The notes beneath the pieces were generated by a model. The model was not told the origin of the DNA. It saw only the letters and a list, made by a program, of their open reading frames with translations, and ran no database searches. From NCBI RefSeq assembly GCF_012960415.1, contig NZ_DUBH01000043.1:513-64512 (forward strand): DNA of 64,000 nucleotides. The letters run 5' to 3'. Origin of the DNA: Henriciella sp. (lineage in GTDB: Bacteria > Pseudomonadota > Alphaproteobacteria > Caulobacterales > Hyphomonadaceae). Shown piece by piece: positions 46,063 through 55,008 of this stretch. A program made the translations under genes and the position numbers. Every line of letters begins with the position of its first letter. Positions within the stretch are counted from its first letter, which is position 1.

Positions 46063-46504
46063 TCAGAAGGATAGCTCAACGCCCATCAGGAACTCAAACG
46101 GCTTTCCCGGGCGAAGACCGGCCGGGTCTATTGAGGCAACATACACGTCGTCAAAAAGTTTCTCGGCCTTTACCCGCACGCGGATGCGATCCGTCAGGTC
46201 ACTCCATATTGCAGCATCCGCCACCCAACGCGCCTCGATGAGTTGCGCCGCCTCGATTGCGCCCTGCCCGGCGCGCCCGTGCATCGGACACATAGTTTGC
46301 CGACAGATCCCTACCCCAGCGATTGGTCTCGACACCTGCGTTCCATGTCAGCTGTTTGTCGGACACATAGGGTAACTTGTCCCCAGCGGCGACATAATCC
46401 CACGGTACATAGTCGCGCTCGAAACGCCGCTGGAATTTTGCATCTGTGAGCGTATAGACGAACCCTGGCGGAAGGGCGAATTCTACCCCCAAAAGGGTTG
46501 CCGC
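46063..46504 (-). pseudogene. Remnant of a TonB-dependent receptor (last ~145 aa only, with an internal frameshift near 46290-46335)
   Basis: Two overlapping minus-strand ORFs give GVEFALPPGFVYTLTDAKF...GDKLPYVSDKQLTWNAGVE...LSANYVSD and ...LIEARWVADAAIWSDLTDRIRVRVKAEKLFDDVYV...FEFLMGVELSF. Together these form the typical C-terminal barrel strands with a terminal Phe. An in-frame stop at 46505-46507 and the absence of plug and N-terminal barrel regions upstream confirm the truncation. Confidence 0.65.
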
Positions 46505-46643
46505 ATCACAGCTGGCAGTGGCTTACATGGACTTGCACGCTCACTTCACCGCCATTGAACGGGTCACCAAAGTACAGTCGTCGCCGAACGACGCCGTGCA
46601 GGTTCCGATAGTCGCTGACAATCCGGATACGGGACATGCTCTC

Positions 46644-47141
46644 TTATATGATCAGCTCAGTGCGCAGGCTCGCATCCGCAACGAGGCGCCGCTGCAATCC
46701 CGGTTCAACCTGATATGCCAGCGCGAACACATCGGGCATACGGGCGGGCTTGCCGGTGGAAAGCGCGATACAGACATATTTGGATGCGCCCAGAATCAGT
46801 GTTTGATGATCATCTGCCCGCACGACCTGGAAGTACCGATTGGCTCGCAATCTGCCATCATTGAACGTTATCCAGTTTGCGATGATGACCCCGTCGCCAA
46901 GTCGCGCAGGCCGCTGATAAACCAGCCTAGTTTCCCGAACCGCCATACCTCGGTCCAGATCGACGCACGCTTCAGCGGGCAGTCCAACCGACGCTGAATG
47001 TTCCATGGCGCAGTCATTCATCCATTTCAGATAAACTGCATTGTTCACATGGCTGAACGCATCAATGTCTGACGCAGCGACAGTCAAGCGAGATGTGAAT
47101 GCGTCGGAAAACAGGAGGCCGCTCTGCTGATCGACAGGCAT
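46644..47141 (-). CDS. Acyl-CoA thioesterase, 4HBT/YbgC-like hotdog fold
   Basis: The motif DIDAFSHVNNAVYLKWMNDCAMEH, typical of YbgC/4HBT-II thioesterases. Confidence 0.75.
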   Translation of the reverse strand: MPVDQQSGLLFSDAFTSRLTVAASDIDAFSHVNNAVYLKWMNDCAMEHSASVGLPAEACVDLDRGMAVRETRLVYQRPARLGDGVIIANWITFNDGRLRANRYFQVVRADDHQTLILGASKYVCIALSTGKPARMPDVFALAYQVEPGLQRRLVADASLRTELII

Positions 47142-47146
47142 GACTT

Positions 47147-47974
47147 CTACCTCCCTCTTCGCTGAATATGATCATGTGCTTCCGCGGCGTTCAATTCGCG
47201 CGTCGAATTTCCGGTGCGGACATAATATTTCGAGGTATCCGACAAGACGAGAAAGACTGGTTCTGCGGCGCGCTCTACGAGCACCCAGCATATTGTCATG
47301 TCGTCGATCTTCAGGAACCGGCACCTGATCAGCGTGCAAGCGACACCCCCCAGATACGTCTTTACGATCCCCGTCAAGGCGCGCTCAAATTCATCAACTG
47401 ACGGCTGCCGAAGCGTTTTAAGATCCTGTTCAATTCCGGTCAGCTCGCCTGCATCTGTCACGCCGATTAGGAGACGACCGCCTTCATGGTTCATCAATCC
47501 AGCGATTGTCTTGGCAATGACTTGCTCAAGACTTCTATTGGTCCTCGATTCATTGATATCCCACCGCAAAGTGGATTTGAACTCGGTGAATTCGTTCTCA
47601 CCTCCGGCAATGACACTTGGCAATGCCGTTTGGAGATCCTCAAGGAGTCCCTCAGCTTTACGCAACTGAACAGAGAGTGCACGTGTCAGAACGGCAAAGA
47701 CCATTCCGATTGCCGCGCCGAGTGCAGCGAAAATGCCATTCATAGCCATGAGATGGTAAACTGGCGCGCCACTCACCCGCTCCCAGGCAAATCGGCCAAA
47801 GTCAGAATATTCGGGTGAAAACAGAGCGCCATACTCCATCCACAAGACGAGCGTAATGATGGGGTGAAGAACAATGACCCCTATGATCGCGCCCATGGCG
47901 GCATAAAGAAGAAAATGCCGTACAGGACGGTAAAGTCCGATTCCTGAGCGTCCAAGAGCAAGACGGCGTGTCAA
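47147..47974 (-). CDS. Membrane-anchored AlbA_2 (Schlafen-like, divergent AAA) domain protein
   Basis: Two N-terminal TM segments, then [15 protein letters not shown]...[30 protein letters not shown]...[12 protein letters not shown], which matches the AlbA_2 putative DNA-binding domain pattern. A TTG start at 47974 overlaps the arcC stop. The alternative start is ATG 47896. Confidence 0.6.
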   Translation of the reverse strand: MTRRLALGRSGIGLYRPVRHFLLYAAMGAIIGVIVLHPIITLVLWMEYGALFSPEYSDFGRFAWERVSGAPVYHLMAMNGIFAALGAAIGMVFAVLTRALSVQLRKAEGLLEDLQTALPSVIAGGENEFTEFKSTLRWDINESRTNRSLEQVIAKTIAGLMNHEGGRLLIGVTDAGELTGIEQDLKTLRQPSVDEFERALTGIVKTYLGGVACTLIRCRFLKIDDMTICWVLVERAAEPVFLVLSDTSKYYVRTGNSTRELNAAEAHDHIQRRGR

Positions 47975-48901
47975 ACTGATTCCTCTCTCAGGCCGCGAAC
48001 CGAGTTGATGATGAGGGTGCCAGCCGCACCTGCAACAATCGCCTCGATATCCTTCAATGCACCGATCGCTGCTTTTGCGCCGCTATGGCGCACAAACGCG
48101 CAGGCAGCTCTGACTTTTGGGCCCATTGATCCTGCCGGGAACTCATACGTGTCCAGAGCATCAGGCCCCGCTTCTATAATGCGCCGCTGTGAGGGCTGCC
48201 CCCAGTCGACATAGACCGCATCGACATCGGTCGCCATGATGAAGAGATCCACTTCAAGTTCGCGGGCCAGCAACGCGCTGGCAAAATCCTTGTCGATGAC
48301 GGCTTCAACTCCCTTGAGCCGACCATCTTCTCCCCGGATTGTCGGAATCCCCCCTCCACCGGCGCAGATAACAATTACGCCGCGGTCGAGCATCCATTTG
48401 ATTGGATCCAGTTCAAGAATTTTCTGAGGTTTGGGCGACGCAACAACCCGGCGCCAATCCTGACCATCCGCTTTGATCTGCCATTTTTTTTCGGCCGCAA
48501 GACGTTCTGCATCAGCCCGGGAATAAACCGGTCCGACAAATTTGCTCGGCGCGTCAAACGCCGGATCAAGCGTATCGACCTCGATCATGGTGAGCAGTGT
48601 CGCGATCTCTTTGTCCCCTTGCAGGCAGTTTCGAAGCTCGCGCTCGATCACGTACCCGATCATGCCCTCGGTCTCGGCGCCGAGAACATCCAAAGGGAAG
48701 GCTTCGTCTGGCTTGTAGGCCGCCCCTTGCAGTGCCAGCAATCCGACCTGGGGCCCATTGCCATGCGTAACAATCAGTTCGTGTTTCCAGGGGGGCAAGC
48801 GCGCTTGCTGCAATTTTTACATTGGCGCGCTGGTTTTCGACCGTCAGTGCTTCACCGCGTTTCAAAAGGGCGTTTCCGCCAAGGGCAACCAGTATACGCA
48901 T
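47971..48901 (-). pseudogene. arcC: Carbamate kinase, interrupted by a +1 frameshift in a C6 homopolymer (or a sequencing error)
   Basis: The N-terminal frame gives [37 protein letters not shown]. The second frame continues [25 protein letters not shown]... to the end. The switch occurs at the G6 run 48790-48795 (C6 on the coding strand). Removing one C restores a contiguous carbamate kinase of ~309 aa. Confidence 0.85.
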
Positions 48902-48904
48902 GGA

Positions 48905-49906
48905 TCAACCGCCGATCGTGGCCACAAGAATGGCCTTGATCGTGTGCAGCCGGTTCTCGGCCTGTTCGAACTGGATTCCCGCGGGCGATTCAAAGACCGC
49001 GTCAGTAACTTCCATTTCGGGTATCCCGAATTTCTCCAGCATGTCCCGGCCGACGTCGGTTTCTGCATTGTGGAATGCCGGCAGGCAATGCATGAATTTG
49101 GTTGTCGGCTTGCCTGTTGCCGCCATCAAATCGGCATTGACCTGATAAGGCCTGAGCAATTTGATCCGTTCTTCCCAGACCTCGGCTGGCTCGCCCATCG
49201 ACACCCAGACATCAGTATTGATGAAGTCACAGTCCTTGACGGCTTCGACCGGGTCTTCGGTGATCGTCAGCCGGGCTCCATACCGGGCTGCCAGCTCTTT
49301 GGCAGGCTGCAAATAGTCGTCGCTTGGCCAGAGGCTCCCGGGCGAAGCGATGCGGACATCCATACCCATCAGACACCCGGCGATCATGAGGGAATGACCC
49401 ACATTGCTATGGGCATCGCCGACAAAGGCGTAGGATATGTCGCGGAGCGGCTTGTCGGCATGTTCGTGCATCGTCATCAGGTCCGCCAGCATCTGGGTCG
49501 GGTGCCATTCATCCGTCAGACCGTTGAATACGGGCACGCCCGCATAGGCGGCAAGTTCTTCGACCTTTCCCTGCCCAAACCCGCGATATTCGATCGCATC
49601 GTACATTCGCCCAAGGACCCGAGCCGTGTCCTTCATTGATTCCTTGTGACCGATATGCGAGCCGGACGGCCCGAGATAGGTAAAGCCTGCTCCCTGATCC
49701 ATGGCCGCAACTTCGAACGCACACATCGTACGCGTCGAGGCCTTCTCGAAGATCAGGCAGATATTCTTGCCTTTCAGGCTTTGGTGTTCGATGCCGGAAT
49801 ATTTCGCGCGTTTCAGATCACGCGACAGATCGAGAAGATAGCGCATTGCGCGCTGGTCGAAATCCAGCAGTTTCAGGAAACTGCGTCCTTGAAGATTATA
49901 GGCCAT
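48905..49906 (-). CDS. arcB: Ornithine carbamoyltransferase (catabolic)
   Basis: The motifs [25 protein letters not shown] and HCLPAFH, in an arc operon context. Confidence 0.92.
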   Translation of the reverse strand: MAYNLQGRSFLKLLDFDQRAMRYLLDLSRDLKRAKYSGIEHQSLKGKNICLIFEKASTRTMCAFEVAAMDQGAGFTYLGPSGSHIGHKESMKDTARVLGRMYDAIEYRGFGQGKVEELAAYAGVPVFNGLTDEWHPTQMLADLMTMHEHADKPLRDISYAFVGDAHSNVGHSLMIAGCLMGMDVRIASPGSLWPSDDYLQPAKELAARYGARLTITEDPVEAVKDCDFINTDVWVSMGEPAEVWEERIKLLRPYQVNADLMAATGKPTTKFMHCLPAFHNAETDVGRDMLEKFGIPEMEVTDAVFESPAGIQFEQAENRLHTIKAILVATIGG

Positions 49907-49947
49907 TATACGTCCTCATCATGAATATACGGGTGCCAAACGGGCAC

Positions 49948-51177
49948 TTAAAAATCGACCGGATCGCGCCAGACCGGGCAGGTCATGCAATGGCCGCCGC
50001 CGCGGCCTCGCCCGAGTTCGGATCCACGGATCGTGATCACTTCGATACCGGCTTTGCGCAGGAGCGTGTTGGTCGATGTGTTGCGGTCGTACGCGACAAC
50101 GACCCCCGGTTCGAGGGCGACGACATTGTTGCCGTCGTCCCATTGCTCGCGCTCCTGATTGTAGGCGTCGCCGCCCGTTTGAACGATGTTCAGCTTTTTG
50201 AGCCCAAGCGCCTCAGCCGCTATCACAAAAAGGTGACGGCTCTCCTTTGTGACGCATACGTGGTCGGGCTTGTCGCAGGGTTGCAATGTATAGCATTGGA
50301 TCTGGTCGCAAACCTCGACAAAAGCCGTCGCGACATCCCGGTCACAATGGGAAAAGACCGTGTCCAGGTGCATCGCGCTGCGTGCGCGCGGCATCTGACA
50401 GGCGATGACACGGGTCGCGGCCCCGTTTTTAAACAAGGCGCGCGCCACTTGTCCAACCGCCTGCGGGCTGGTGCGTTCGCCCATCCCGATAAGGACAGTG
50501 CCGTTGCCCCATGGCATGACGTCGCCGCCCTCCAGCGTCGCGGGGCCGTGATCGGTATCCGGATCGCCCCACCAGACTTTGAAATCACCGTGTGCAAATG
50601 CCGGGTGAAATTTGTAGACAGCGGCGACGAGCAGCGTTTCGGGCCGCCGCGCGGGCCAGAACATCGGGTTCAATGTCAGGCCGTTGCCGATCCAGCAACT
50701 ATTGTCGCGCGGGAACTGCGTGTTTGGCAGTGGCGGTATGACAAATCCGTCCGGACCCAGATAGCTGCCGAACATGTCAGTGGCCTTAAACGGCAGGTCA
50801 TGAACGGCAATTCCGCCTATCAGAAACACCGCCAGTTGATAGGGGGGAAGTTCGCTCAGCCAGGCGCGCAACTCCTCCGGCATGCCGACGCCGACCTGGT
50901 CGTCGGTCACCCGCCGGTCGAGGATCCAGTTGCGGGCCTCAGGCATCGCGACAATCTCACTCAAGAGGTCATGAAATTCGTAGACTTCAACCCCGCGATT
51001 GGCCATTTTCATGCGAAAGTCGGCATGATCGGTTCTGGCTTCCTGCACCCAGAGAACATCATCGTAGAGCAACGCATCGGCGTTTGCGGGCGTTAGCCGT
51101 GAGTGCGCGAGCCCTGGCTGACAGGTAATGACTTTGCGCAGCTTGCCGATTTCAGAATGTACACCGAAGCCTGTCAT
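49948..51177 (-). CDS. arcA: Arginine deiminase
   Basis: 409 aa. The C-terminal catalytic motif is [15 protein letters not shown], with ADI-family similarity throughout. Confidence 0.92.
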   Translation of the reverse strand: MTGFGVHSEIGKLRKVITCQPGLAHSRLTPANADALLYDDVLWVQEARTDHADFRMKMANRGVEVYEFHDLLSEIVAMPEARNWILDRRVTDDQVGVGMPEELRAWLSELPPYQLAVFLIGGIAVHDLPFKATDMFGSYLGPDGFVIPPLPNTQFPRDNSCWIGNGLTLNPMFWPARRPETLLVAAVYKFHPAFAHGDFKVWWGDPDTDHGPATLEGGDVMPWGNGTVLIGMGERTSPQAVGQVARALFKNGAATRVIACQMPRARSAMHLDTVFSHCDRDVATAFVEVCDQIQCYTLQPCDKPDHVCVTKESRHLFVIAAEALGLKKLNIVQTGGDAYNQEREQWDDGNNVVALEPGVVVAYDRNTSTNTLLRKAGIEVITIRGSELGRGRGGGHCMTCPVWRDPVDF

Positions 51178-51243
51178 TGGAGAGGTCCTTTCAAAAACAC
51201 GTTGAATTGCGGTTCAGTATGCGGCGTTGAAGACTGTGCCCGC

Positions 51244-52689
51244 TCAGTTGATCAGGGTTGCGATCGTCAGAGACCCCATAACCAGGACGACCAGCCCGAG
51301 CAGGAGCGGCCACATGAACCGGAGCCAGCGCTGGTAGGGCACACCGCCAATCGCGAGTGCTCCCATGACGACCGCAAAGGTCGGGTTGATGAGGTTCACC
51401 AGCCCGTTCGCCGACTGATAGGCGGTCACCACAAGCGAGCGGTCAACGTCCGAGAAATCGGCAAGCGGTGCCATGATTGGCATGCTCAAGACGGCAAGAC
51501 CCGAGGACGATGGTACCAGGAAGGACAATCCAAGCTCTATCCCGAACATGGTGTTGATGAACCCGATGGGCCCGAGCCCGCTCAAGGCGCCTTCGCCCGC
51601 ATGCAGGATCGTGTCCGTCATCTTGCCTGCGTCCATGATCACCACGATTCCGCGTGCAATGCCGATTATGAGCGCCACGCCGAGAAGGTCTTTCGCGCCC
51701 GCCATGAAGGCGTCGATAAAGCCCTCTTCACCCATCCAGGAGGCGACCCCGACAAGGATAGATGCAGCGATGAACAGGGCCGACATCTTGTCCATCCACC
51801 AGCCTTGCGAAGATACGCCCCATATCATGATGGCGAAGGTCGCAGCGAAAATGATCAGGGTCAGGATTTGTGATCGTGAGAGCGGCGCGTCCGGATCATG
51901 GCCGTCGCTCTTGAAGCGGGCAGCGATTTCGTTTTTCTTGTCGGCGATGATCGATTTGGAGGGATCTGCTCTCACCTTGACGGCGTAGCGCATCACGTAG
52001 GCCGAACAGATCGCCCAGCCTGTTACCAGAATGAAAACCCGCAGGGTCAGCCCGTCCGTAAACGCGATGCCAGCCGCGTTTGAAGCGATAACCGTGGCGA
52101 ACGGGTTTATCGTCGAACCGAGGACGCCGATCCCCGCCCCGAGCAGGATAACGGCAACGGCGACGACGGCATCAAACCGGGCGGCCAGCATGACCGGTAT
52201 CAGGAGCCCATAAAAGGCGAGCGATTCTTCGGCCATGCCATAGGTCGTGCCGCCAACAGCAAAGAAGGCCATAAGGATCGGGATCATCCAGATCTCTCGC
52301 CCCCTCAAGGCCGACATGCAGCGTTCGATTGCATGATCGATGGCGCCTGTCCGGGTCACAACGCCGAGAAATCCACCGATGATGATCACGAACAGCGCGA
52401 CATCGATAGCCTGCGCTTGATTGCTGTCCGGGTTATAGAACCCGCCAATCGGTGCGAGAAATACATCGACAATCCCTTGCGGGTTGGCATCAACGGTTTC
52501 GTATGTCCCTGGAATCGGTACCTCACGGCCCAGTTCCGCATTCTCCGCTCGCTGATATTGCCCTGCCGGTACAATCCATGTCCCCAACGCAACGAGGGCA
52601 ATGAGCGCGAACAGGATTGTATAGGCAGTTGGAAACTTGAAGCCCTTCGATGGGGCCTGTGCATCGTCCGTTTCAATTGAGTCTGACAT
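51244..52689 (-). CDS. YfcC / C4-dicarboxylate-anaerobic-carrier family transporter (putative arginine/ornithine exchanger)
   Basis: About 481 aa, polytopic. The N-terminal FKFPTAYTILFALIALVALGTWIVPAG is typical of YfcC-family proteins. GGAGAGGGG RBS precedes ATG 52689. The function is inferred from its position directly upstream of arcA. Confidence 0.7.
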   Translation of the reverse strand: MSDSIETDDAQAPSKGFKFPTAYTILFALIALVALGTWIVPAGQYQRAENAELGREVPIPGTYETVDANPQGIVDVFLAPIGGFYNPDSNQAQAIDVALFVIIIGGFLGVVTRTGAIDHAIERCMSALRGREIWMIPILMAFFAVGGTTYGMAEESLAFYGLLIPVMLAARFDAVVAVAVILLGAGIGVLGSTINPFATVIASNAAGIAFTDGLTLRVFILVTGWAICSAYVMRYAVKVRADPSKSIIADKKNEIAARFKSDGHDPDAPLSRSQILTLIIFAATFAIMIWGVSSQGWWMDKMSALFIAASILVGVASWMGEEGFIDAFMAGAKDLLGVALIIGIARGIVVIMDAGKMTDTILHAGEGALSGLGPIGFINTMFGIELGLSFLVPSSSGLAVLSMPIMAPLADFSDVDRSLVVTAYQSANGLVNLINPTFAVVMGALAIGGVPYQRWLRFMWPLLLGLVVLVMGSLTIATLIN

Positions 52690-52705
52690 GTTTTCAGCCC
52701 CTCTC

Positions 52706-54082
52706 CTAGAATGCGACGGATGCGTAGAGCATGAAGTGAGACCAGGTCTCATCACCGCCCGTAAATTGTTTGGCGCCGTCGCCCGGCACCATCACAGCGG
52801 CTGCCGCCGACAGGAACAAGCGATCGGTCGCCTGCCAGTCGAGGAAGATATCGACTTCGTCTCCGAACGCCTCATCGTCCACACCGATCTGGCCAGGTTC
52901 ATCCAGAGTGAAATTGAGCCAGGAAGCGGTCAGCGACACGGTGTCAGTCAGCGTGGCAGAGCCTTTGACCATATGGGTTTTCTGGTTGGAGTTCCCGAAA
53001 ATCCAGTTGCCCGTGATCTCACCCTGATACCATTGGCCGTAATCGGTGAAGCCGTAGGCGAGCGGTACGAATTCTTCATTTTGCGGCGTCGACGGATCAT
53101 CGCCTGTGACGACGGCGTAGCGATAGGTGATTGTCGGCTCAAACGGCAAGCTATCGAGCTTGTAGCGGCCTTGAAGGTAGCCGCCTTGGCCCTCATAGAA
53201 ACCGGCCCCTTCCTGCAGGGCGTACTCGCCAGAAAATGTTAACCGGTCAGAGACGTCAATCGCGGCGCGCACATCGTAGGTTTTCAGTTCCTCGGCTGTG
53301 TTTGCGGTGACCGGGTCATCAAAATGGGCAACTTCGACATAGGTTGCGCCAATTGAGGCGCGCTCGGAGATGTCATACTCGGCATTGACCCCGCCGACAT
53401 GCGCCTTGATACCGGCCCGGCCCGGATTGTTGCCAAGCCAGAACCCTTCCAGCAGCAGATCTCCTTGCTTCAGGCGAACGAGGCCGCTGCTGCGCGACGC
53501 CGAACGGGCACCCAGGTAGAAGCCGCCTCGGTCGCCGCCATCACGGCCACCATCCTTGATCAGGAAGCCGGTACCAATTTCATAGTCAAAATCGCCGCCG
53601 ATGACCTCGAAGAAATCATCTTCGCCAAGTTCTGCCTTCCAGCCGACATAGAGCTTTTCGAGCGTCGCCTTGCCGGGGTCGCTGATCCCGGCGGCGAAAC
53701 CTTCTGCGCTCTCGCCGTATGTCTTCGTCCCGACAGCAGACAGGCCGGCTGACAATTCCCCCCCAAATACATTTTTCAATGTCAGGTACAGTTGCGGCTC
53801 AACTGCGAACTCCGCCCATGTGCTTGTATCGACACCGATGTTCGCTTCGGGCTCTCCAAACCAGGGATTGCTTTGCGCAAAAACGACTGTGGCTGCGTCG
53901 AGACCAACATCAATGGCGACAACGTCACTGTCGTAGAGATTGATCTGGGCCATGGCTGGAAGGGCCGCAACGCCGAGTCCAATAATTGACAGAAGCGCTG
54001 TTCTGCAGGCAGGGCCCCGGGGACAATGCGCACGCACGTGTGAGTGAGGCGTATACGTGTCGGCCTTGAGGTTTCTCATCAT
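52706..54082 (-). CDS. Outer-membrane beta-barrel porin (alginate-export-like family), first gene of the arc operon
   Basis: Signal peptide ...ALLSIIGLGVAALPAMAQ. Alternating beta-strand pattern, Gly/Asp/Tyr-rich, with a terminal ...FMLYASVAF. The start is uncertain (ATG 54109 or 54082, GTG 54037). Confidence 0.6.
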   Translation of the reverse strand: MMRNLKADTYTPHSHVRAHCPRGPACRTALLSIIGLGVAALPAMAQINLYDSDVVAIDVGLDAATVVFAQSNPWFGEPEANIGVDTSTWAEFAVEPQLYLTLKNVFGGELSAGLSAVGTKTYGESAEGFAAGISDPGKATLEKLYVGWKAELGEDDFFEVIGGDFDYEIGTGFLIKDGGRDGGDRGGFYLGARSASRSSGLVRLKQGDLLLEGFWLGNNPGRAGIKAHVGGVNAEYDISERASIGATYVEVAHFDDPVTANTAEELKTYDVRAAIDVSDRLTFSGEYALQEGAGFYEGQGGYLQGRYKLDSLPFEPTITYRYAVVTGDDPSTPQNEEFVPLAYGFTDYGQWYQGEITGNWIFGNSNQKTHMVKGSATLTDTVSLTASWLNFTLDEPGQIGVDDEAFGDEVDIFLDWQATDRLFLSAAAAVMVPGDGAKQFTGGDETWSHFMLYASVAF

Positions 54083-54206
54083 CGGTGTCTCCAATGCGCA
54101 TGGGACCAAGCCTGCCGCAAATGGGAGCGATCAGCCTTTATGGTGATACGGCATGGACGCCACCTTCCCTCACTCATTACACCGGGAACTTACACAGCCG
54201 CCGTTT

Positions 54207-54232
54207 TTCAATACAGTTGAAACATTCAATAC
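54207..54232. promoter_or_regulatory. Nested repeat element TTCAATAC-AGTTGAAACA-TTCAATAC in the porin/arc - methyltransferase divergent region
   Basis: A direct repeat of TTCAATAC (54207-54214 and 54225-54232) also forms the palindromes TTCAA-N5-TTGAA and TTGAA-N3-TTCAA. Confidence 0.3.
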
Positions 54233-54263
54233 TGGCGGGTTTGCTCCGCTCTAGGGTCGGGTG

Positions 54264-54932
54264 ATGACCAAGTTACCAGCTCCTAACTACACGCCCGCAC
54301 TCGGCCCTCATGGTTCGATAGAACTTTATGATCGCGCCATTGCTCTCCTGACCCGTGAGAAAACATGGCGAGCCAGGCTGCTCGTCGCTTTGGCCCCCAG
54401 AGGCGGAGAGACAATCATCGATATCGGCGCGGGCACTGCGAGCATGGCGTGTCTGATCAAAACAACGCAGCCTGGCATTCGCATGATCGCAATTGATCCG
54501 GACCCCGACATACGAACGATCGCCGAAGCGAAAGCGGTAAGAGCTGGAGCCGCTATCGAATTCGTAACCGCGATGGGCGACAAAAAGATTGACCACATTG
54601 TCCGGCCGGGAAGCGCGGACAAGATTCTGATCAGCCTCGTGCTCCACCAGTGCCCGGTCTCTGTTAAAACAAGTATCCTCGCAAACGCTTTTCGCCTCCT
54701 CAAACCCGGTGGCGAGTTGCTGATCGCTGATTACGGTCGGCAGCGCTCAATACCGATGAAGCTTGCTTTCAACCTGGTCCGCCTGACCGATGGCTATGCC
54801 GACACCAGAGCCAACAAGGACGGCCGGCTGCCCGAATTCATGCGGGGTGCGGGATTTACGCATGCCAAAGAGCAGAGCGTCACGCTCACGCCGACCGGAT
54901 CGATCTCCATCTATTCGGGCACCAAACCCTAG
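54264..54932 (+). CDS. Class I SAM-dependent methyltransferase
   Basis: Motif I IIDIGAGTASMA and a post-I acidic residue (MIAIDPD). The C-terminal LKPGGELLIADY is typical of Methyltransf_11/25 proteins. Confidence 0.75.
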   Translation: MTKLPAPNYTPALGPHGSIELYDRAIALLTREKTWRARLLVALAPRGGETIIDIGAGTASMACLIKTTQPGIRMIAIDPDPDIRTIAEAKAVRAGAAIEFVTAMGDKKIDHIVRPGSADKILISLVLHQCPVSVKTSILANAFRLLKPGGELLIADYGRQRSIPMKLAFNLVRLTDGYADTRANKDGRLPEFMRGAGFTHAKEQSVTLTPTGSISIYSGTKP

Positions 54933-55008
54933 GCTCACTGCCAGGCGGTTTGGCGCCGCGACGTACCGATCTTGCAACGCACACGCCTCGGTCCACGCCA
55001 TCACGGTT

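Noticed and set aside
46048-46070. The perfect 9-bp-stem hairpin overlapping the TonB-dependent receptor remnant's stop was considered as an intrinsic terminator.
   Set aside because: No U-tract follows it on either strand, so I did not annotate it as a terminator. It is mentioned under the gene-remnant finding.
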